Positions 53,112-64,000 of a stretch of DNA of 64,000 nt are shown one piece after another. The notes below the pieces were generated by a model, which was not told where the DNA came from, searched no databases, and saw nothing but the letters and a program-made list of their open reading frames with translations. Origin of the DNA: Neoconidiobolus thromboides FSU 785 (taxonomy: Eukaryota > Fungi > Entomophthoromycota); assembly GCA_025603075.1 (NCBI GenBank), contig MU626278.1, positions 1 through 64,000 of the forward strand, given 5' to 3'. Position 1 is the first letter of the stretch. Every line of letters starts with the position of its first letter. Made by a program: the position numbers and the translations under genes.

Positions 53112-54570
53112 AATTGATTTAAATCAAGTCTATGTTTATTTTGAAATTGATACTTTATAAAATAAAAACAAATTGGGTTGATATTAAAACTACAATTAAA
53201 CTGATCTATTCTTAAAATTTAGAAATTTAAGCTCAAATTTTTAGTGACGAAATCTAACTTATTTTAAATTTTAAATTTAGGTTACATTGTATGTTTTACA
53301 GAGGTGAGGTGGTTCCAGCTATTAATTTGTTTTTAATAAAGTTACATTTTAAGATAAAAATAGAAATTTCGAAATTTCGATAAATTTTTCAATGTAGTAC
53401 AGTATTTATTAGTAAAAAATACTATTTTCTAAAAATAAGCAGCATATGTTGATATTTATAAGTAAATTATGAGGTATGATATGGCAAAAAACCCTTAATA
53501 GTAATGTTAGTAGATTATTCAAAGACATAACTCTTTACTAATAACGTTATGCTATTTTTTGTCAAATTTAGTGAGATTTTGTTATTTTTATTTTTATCTC
53601 AAAATGTGACTTAATGTAAAAAATAAACTAAAACTATAACTCCATCCCTGTAATTGTAAAATGTATCTAAAACATATGTTGAGGTTTGTATATTCGATAA
53701 TTCTTATTTTTTGGTATTATCTAAATGATTCGTACTATCAATATGTTATTAAATTTTGAATCAAGTTATCAACATGATTGATTTAACAATAAATAGCAAA
53801 ACAATAAGTATCAATAAAATAATCAGATAGTTTATTATAATTAATAAGATGAATCCAACCTGTTCTAAAACACAATCTAAATTTTGTTTCATCTTATTGT
53901 TTAATTGAATATCATTATTTTAACCACTAGCTGAATCTCAATTATTAATTGATTCATTAAGTTATATTAAAGCGAATAGTTAGTAAATTAATACACTATT
54001 AAGATTGATTTTAAAAAAATACTTTGATTTTATATGATTATTATCCTTGCTATTATTCTAATTTCATTTGAATCGCTACTACTGTTATAATTCAATAGAA
54101 TCCTAATCTTAACTGAATACAAACTTAATATTGATGGATTTCATGAATCTGACTGTTAGTTTAATGATTATCTCGAGATTAAAAAATCAATAGTGCCACA
54201 CCACACGCTTCTCTATACTTCATATCTCTTTTTATTGAATTTTTATACTCTCAGAAAAAAAGATGCGCAGATCCTATTAGTCTTTCAGAAGTTTAAGGAA
54301 ATCAATTGTATTAGATGTGTTTTAAACGTAATTTGTATATGTTTAATTTATTTCTTTTCTATTTTAATATTTTGGTAAATTTTTAATGAATATTTTAAAT
54401 GAAAAACAGCAAATTTAAAATACAAAGGTTACATTTAAATTGAATCAGTAACATTAGCTAAAATAGAGATGTAAATTATTCTACAAAATATTCATGTTTC
54501 ATAAAAAATGGTGAATTAATTAGCCAAGTGATAAAAAATAGTTAAGTTTAAATCTTTTTTAAATAGAAAA

Positions 54571-55707
54571 ATGGATAATTGGAAAAATGTTAACAACTGG
54601 TAAGCTAAAACTAAAATTCAATCTGTTTATTAACATCTTCTAAGGCATTGGACTGAAAAAAATTGCATAAAATGGGCTACAACATATTTCAAAACTTCTT
54701 TAACTAATTTGCAAGTTGAAGATAACGAGATTAAAGTCGAAATCGTACCTGAAGTAAAAGTAGATGGAGATTGTGACTTAAACCATCGTAAAGGAAAGTT
54801 ATTACCTTTATTTGATATGAAATTAGAGCTACCTATATCATCTAAAGACAGCACTGGTAAAGAGGTAATAAAAGGAACTTTGATTGTTCGAGAAGTATGC
54901 CATGATTCAGATCTCTCAGATTACGTATTTGAGTGGAATGTAATCACAAGCTATAACGATAAATATAGAAGTAAAGTAATACAGCTTATAAAAAAGGAGT
55001 TAGAAACCAAAATCAAAAAAATAATCACCAGCTTTCAAAAAGACTTAATTGAACAACATAGTAAGGATGTTTATATTGAAGGGGAAACAAAGAAAAAAAG
55101 CAGCTTGAAAACACCAACTAAAAAAGATGAGGCTAAAAAGAACGATATCAAAAAAAGTGCTAAGATCAGTAATAACGTTACCATAAAGCTAGATCACTTA
55201 TTCTATGCTGCCCCTCACGATGTTTATAAAGTTTTTACTGATGCTAAGTTAATCAGTTTATGGTCTAATTCAAACACTACCTTTGTTGCAGCACCTAACC
55301 TTCCGTTTAAACTATTCAATCATCAAATTAAAGGGACTGTGTTAAAAGTAATCAAAGATTCATATGTATCACTACTTTGGAAAGATGAAGACTGGGATAA
55401 AGGTAAATTTTTTCATTTCATTAACCTTTACTAACTTTTTAAAATAGATCATAACTCAACAGTGAGTTTGTTTTTTGAACCCGAAGGTGAGGCTACAAAG
55501 TTGACTATTGTACATGAAAGCATCCCTGAAAGTCAATTACAAAGCACCGAAATGAAATGGAAGAACAAAATTTTACAACCTATAGAAAAATGTTTTGGTT
55601 TTAATCAACAGCTGGCTAATTCTTGGCTTAAATCCCCCAGTGTACTCATTACTAGCACAGTAGCTTTTGCAGCAGTTTATTTGGGATTTCAATACTTTTC
55701 AAGATAA
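54571..55707 (+). CDS. AHA1: Hsp90 ATPase activator Aha1 with C-terminal hydrophobic tail; 3 exons
   Basis: MDNWKNVNNW|HWTEKNC (45-nt intron 54600-54644), GDCDLNHRKGKL...FD, START-like AHSA1 domain (VYKVFTD...F.LFN..I.G...W...DW...S.V.L.F), ending SVLITSTVAFAAVYLGFQYFSR*. Confidence 0.9.
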
Positions 55708-55753
55708 GAAATAAAAAAAATAAAATTTTATATGACATTTATTCGCTTCAAAT

Positions 55754-58911
<3,158 letters not shown>

Positions 58912-59055
58912 TGTAAGAATTTTATTTTTAAAAAACAAAGGTTTTTAAATCAAACTAATCAGCTTTTGAGTGATTTGAGGAATTTAAAATTACTGCACAT
59001 TCTTAAAATTATTTTAAACGCATCTAGTAGAATTTTCTTTAACTAATTTAATATA

Positions 59056-59156
59056 CGGGAGTGTTTTTTTGACTTCATTATTTTTTTTCATTTTTTAAGC
59101 ACTATTTAAGCGGAAAATTTGTTAGTAAAATTCTTAAGTACAAAAATACATCCCCA
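59056..59156 (-). mobile_element. MITE family A, copy M (101 bp)
   Basis: ta|CGGGAGTGTTTTTTTGAC...AAGCACTATTTAAGCGG...CAAAAATACATCCCCA|ta, about 145 bp upstream of the ALA1 ATG. Confidence 0.85.
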
Positions 59157-59318
59157 TAGTTTGAATCATTTGATATTGTAAGGAACTGTTAACTTATTTT
59201 ACAATATATTTTTTTATTTATCGTATTAAAATTAACGTTAAAAAACTGAACAGATTAATATAAGATAGGCATATTATGCCACATCATCGAACTTTTAAAG
59301 CAAATACCCTCTTTCAAA

Positions 59319-62300
59319 TTACGCCGAATGTTTATTACATAGCCAGGCATGCCATATGGGCTGAATACCACGCGGTGTCTCGCTTTTATGATTAAAAGCC
59401 GTACACTTACGGTAACTTACTCCCAAGACTAAATTTTCATTCATACCCATATTGTCCTGTATAAACATTCTGGTTTCTTTTAGAGCAAGGTGTCGAATAC
59501 TAAGAAGTGCCTCTTGTGCTTTATTGATCCAGAATGAAATCCAGTTTGGATTTTCTCCATCTTCGTTGATTCCTCGAGAATTGAACATTTCTAGTGCTGC
59601 TGCTGTAATAGAGGAATCTACTGACTTATGAGAAGAACAGAACGATTCAATAACACAACTGAGTTTCTCAAAGTAAGTTACAAGATCCTTCTCATTAGAC
59701 GATACAATTGTATTAATGACGTCTGAATGAGCATTTCCTAGTATCTTTGAATCCGAATAAAAGGAGCATAGTTGAGAAACTATTGATAGAAGTGGCCCAG
59801 CACTACCAATAAAATCATGGGGTCTATTAAGTGGAATACCTGGGTGATTTGTAAAGTGAATGCTTAAAGAATCTTCACATAAGAAGTGGATCCTGAAAGT
59901 TTCGTGATTCCATTTATTTGGGTCTATCCAGGCATTCCCACAGTTCATTGTTGGTAAGACGACAACAAGACGTGGTGCTTGTATTTCGCTTGTAGCAACT
60001 ACTTGCTTACGAAGGGATGCAGCAAGCGAAAAAAGTTCTGGTGATAAGGGCTCTCTGTAAACTATAAATTTATCAGTTGATATATTGGGGGAGAAGCTGG
60101 GCAATGACTTGCATTGTAAAAGAAAATCTGAATCTAGGATATCAGAAGTGGTACTTCGTTTTAAGGGATTTTGATTTAAAAGTGATCTTATCACATCCGA
60201 AGCTTCAATCGGAAGTTGATTTACTTCTGGAAGGGTTAATATACCTTCTGAATCCCAATAAATTCCCTTTGAGATAAGATTTTTAGCATTATCAGAATTT
60301 AATAGTTTCAATATCTCTATTTCTGGAGTTCCAACACCCATATATGGCTTACGAACATATAGCTCCTAATACATATTAATAAAATATCAAACTAAATATT
60401 GAATAAACTTACATAGATAAAACAACCAAGTGCCCATACATCCATAGCAGGAGTTGCCGAAATTAGATTAGTTGAACTTTTTAAGAAAAGTGAAGCAAGT
60501 TCAGGAGGGCAATAGCGTGGGGGTTTGGATCCTTTAACTATATCGCCTTCAATTAAACAACGATCAATACGAGTAAGCATAATCCTGTTTGAAATAGAAT
60601 CTCCGGAAAAACATAAATCAATGGGTTGAAGATCTGAAATAACAACTCCCCTTGCATGACAGAAACTTAATAACTGTGCTACTTGTTTAACAATCATTCG
60701 AAGGTCATCATCAGATAATGGATATTTTTGTTTACGCAACAAATCAGTAAGTCCCATTCCACATGCTGAGTGTGTAATTACATAGCAAGACTTGCTCGAT
60801 GTATCAGATAAAGTATAGGTTTCTTTGATATGAGGTACATAAGGACCTTCTAAAATTTGAAGCATTTCAATCTCTTTTTCCCAAAGGGCCTTATTTAAAT
60901 AAATGAGTATTGTTACTGAGTTAGAAGAGGACACTTCTAGTGCAGTAGTGGCAAACACATCTTCTCTAGCGAATACTATAGGAGAAGTCATTTGATAAAA
61001 GTTACCTAATTTTTTAGCCAAAAGTGGTTCTAAGCCTAAATTTAAAGTATTAGGTAAGGAACGCTGTGAGAAACCTGAATTAGAAATTGGATTTGATTGA
61101 ATATTTGACATGCTTTGGAACAATTGAGCAGATTCTTGCCCTTCCCTAAGATTCGAATGTGTTCTTGAAATTACTATATCTTCTCTATATGGCCAATTTT
61201 GTATTGAACTAGTCGGTGTAGATAATTCATCTGGCGATCTGGAAAAAAGATTGACATTATCGATAGTACGCCCTAAGTGGGATATTCTTTCAAGTGGGCT
61301 CATCCTCTCATCATTTTGTCTGATTGACGTTGTACGAAACAAATTTGTATCAATTGAAAGTTGGGATGTAGCGTTGTGAGCAAGGGTCTTTGAAGGAAAG
61401 TAATCTATAGTCGGCGAAGCGGGCTCAGCCAAGGAGGGTTCTTTAAGTTCCTGTGATATACTTCTAGTATGATTTATTGTACTAGCAATATTTTCGCTTC
61501 TTTTTGAATCTAATGGGGAAAGAGGCCTCATGAATTTGATTGGAACTGGTGCAACAGAACTAGTAGCATCATCTTTACCTGAAAACATGCTATAAGATGT
61601 ACCATCAATCATGTCCCATTTATCGCTATTATCATTGTCGTCTTCACTTCTACTAACAGGGCGAGAAATCACCCGTGGTGTAGAAAGTAGCTTTGACTCA
61701 GAGGATGATTTTATTGGACTCAAATATTGGCCATTTATACTTGGAGTATTTGAATCATGAGCTGAGTATTGCGAATAACGTCCAGGTGTACCTATATTAG
61801 AATCTGGGAAAGTAGGTTGCATTAAATTACTATGATTCGCATTACTTTTATCGCTTATTGATTTATCTCCTTCTTTTTGATGCTTTTTGTTTTTTCTACG
61901 CCAGTGCCTTAAGCCTACTCCAATTATAGCCCCCATCATAAGAACTCCAAATAAAGCACTTACAATAGCTATTATAATAATATTATTAGATGAAGTTCCA
62001 GAGCTATTAGTGGTTCCACTATCATCACCGTCGTTAGGATCGTTTACGGATGTAGTACTAGGAGTTAATGCAGACCAGCTCCAATTAGTCGTATCAAGTT
62101 TATAAACAGCTGTACTAGAGGTTCCAACACCACCATAAATATATATATTCTTACCATCATCAGCTGCTGTATGTCCCATTAAATTTGAGGGTCCAGATTC
62201 AGAGTTGGAAGTTGACTGTTTTTTCCACTCTAACTGGAAAGTTTGAGTGTTCCAATTACTCATATCGAGAGTGTAAACCGACAATAAGTTAGGCTTCCAA

Positions 62301-63151
62301 TCAAGACCTCCTCCTCCAATTAGAATAGCCTTGCTACCTACGCATGATAAAGTTGCTCCTATTCTAGAACCTGGATTGTTTGCTAAGGCAGGATAATCAA
62401 ATTTAGTTTGAGCATTAAAAACTATTTCCTCTGTTATTGAAAATGTTTGAATTCTTTCCTCGAATTTCGTGCCATCATACCCTCCATAAACTATAACAAC
62501 CGATTTATCTTTCATATAACATGATGAATGAAAAGCAACAGGTTGACTATTCATAGAACGCAACCATTCAACTCTATCTATTTGATAGGATGAGAGCATT
62601 TCAATTGCTTTGTTACCAGGCTTTCCACTTGAATCCGGGACAATGCCTCCATATAACAACAATCGTTCTTTTATTGCCATTAATGTTGCGCCTATACGTA
62701 CTGGATCATCTAATGGGAAAGTAGGTGAATTACTAGAATTAGTCCACGTCCATTTGTCAGTGTTTAATGACAGTATTGGAATGTTTTGTTTTGATAAATC
62801 TGAAGCTGCTGTAAAAGTATGTACATAGTTTGAGCTTGTTACTGAAGAGTGGAATTTCATTGGGTATGTCGTTTTTTCCGTTTTCAATTTATACCATATG
62901 TTTTGATTTAGATCGAAAACCATTGTATCTGCATAAGGCTTTGCTGAATAAACATCAGCTGTCGGTTGTATACCGCCATGTATTATTAATTGGTTATTGA
63001 CTATTGCTGAAGAGTGAAGAGCTAAAGGCTTTGGATCAGCCTTTACAAGATTTGAAGACCCTAGAGAAAGTATTGGAGTTATTGATAAAAAAAATGAACA
63101 AATTAAAATGGGAAAGTCATTTATCTTTGATTTTATTAGAACTGAAAACAT
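59319..63151 (-). CDS. Single-pass receptor-like protein: signal peptide, six-bladed kelch ectodomain, TM, S/P-rich linker, pseudokinase, C-terminal domain (~1261 aa, 2 exons)
   Basis: Exons 63151-60413 and 60365-59319, joined by a 47-nt GT-AG intron (FIY|ELYVRKPY). Kelch GG motifs LIIHGG, LLLYGG, VIVYGG, ILIGGG, IYIYGG. TM IIIIAIVSALFGVLMMGAIIGVGL followed by RHWRRKNKK. Kinase C-lobe CHARGVVISDLQP...RYCPPE...DVWALG. Confidence 0.85.
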
Positions 63152-64000
63152 TGTTAGTTTTGGTGTTAGATTGATTCTATTAATTATTTTAACAAAAATT
63201 TCAAGGAATATTAATTATAGTATATTTGTAAACAGTTAATATTGCATTTGAATTTTGAGATGCTATTGCTATTTAACTTATTCCTAAAAGTTATCTTTAA
63301 GTTGTATTATTGAAATTAAATGTCCTAAGCCCTTTAAAAATAGAAAATAGAAAAGATATTATTAGATTTAATTAAGGGTAAAAGTTGACAATGTTCTTGG
63401 TTTACTTGATTTGTAAATTCAACTCTAACTTGAATTTCATTGGTGAATACCTTCATTAATCCACTAAAATAGGAATTAATTGTGGTAATAAGGACTAATT
63501 AGAAAGCATCTTTTAATAGAACTAAAATTAGAAATTTTATTAGACCAAATCACTTCGAACTCATCAAAGTTATTGGTTGAAAATTAGCTTTAAAATCACA
63601 TGAACCCCACAGAATCTGATTTCAACATGTTTTCTGCTGTTAAAACTTGGTGTAAAATTATTACATGGTAAAAAGTCTTCTGTGGAGAATATATTTAAAT
63701 ATTGCCAAGCGTGTAATAGAATTAATAGTAACATAAATATTTAATAGCTTTAAAATATACAAAAAATATAAACTTATTCAATGTAATAAGAGTGTATAAA
63801 AATTAAAAATTTATAGCTAATATGAAAACAGCAACTTTTTTCTTTTTCTTTTTAAGTCTTTTAAATGCTGAAATGAGAACGCTTTGCTTATGTTTTATTT
63901 TTAATATAGATTGCAATATTTGATGAATACTAAGCAATAGATTGTAAATAGAATAACTGTCAATAATATTCTAATGGCTAAACTTTACATTAAAAGAAAA

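Noticed and set aside
58980-59020. Possible 39-nt intron (GTAATT...GCTGATTAG) that might link an upstream ATG to ALA1
   Set aside because: After splicing, the ALA1 frame still contains TAA and the ATG frame stops at once (ATG TGC ATT TGA).
63560-63720. ESDFNMFSAVKTWCK, faintly like a BTB/BACK-domain helix
   Set aside because: Only ~24 codons with surrounding stops; insufficient evidence.

Overview
Very AT-rich eukaryotic genomic DNA with many short (~40-60 nt) GT-AG introns. The gene set and architecture suggest an early-diverging, non-Dikarya fungus; a Zoopagomycota/Entomophthorales-like source is my inference. I can support about 20 protein-coding genes: a partial DOPA 4,5-dioxygenase-like gene cut by the left edge, two PPR-like proteins, metacaspase, cytochrome P450, Pol III largest subunit RPC1, ATP23, a DED1/DDX3-type helicase, a secreted Gly/Ser-rich protein, two arrestins, PET127, TSPO, a LETM1-domain protein, VPS35, hexokinase, AHA1, alanyl-tRNA synthetase, a divergent condensin II CAP-G2-like gene and a large single-pass membrane protein. 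Intergenic DNA holds 13 copies of a ~100-bp TA-flanked MITE (7 of them within 1.7 kb), a second 141-bp CAG...CTG MITE, a 27-bp-arm hairpin and a probable LTR-retrotransposon relic. The most interesting items are: (1) a receptor-like protein with signal peptide, kelch propeller, TM helix, pseudokinase and a COR-like tail; (2) a likely condensin II subunit in a fungus; (3) an Aha1 with a C-terminal membrane anchor; (4) a nearly uncharged secreted protein with repeated S[FY]G motifs; (5) the MITE nest with a near-perfect inverted pair. All family assignments come from motifs I recognised by eye; no database search was run.
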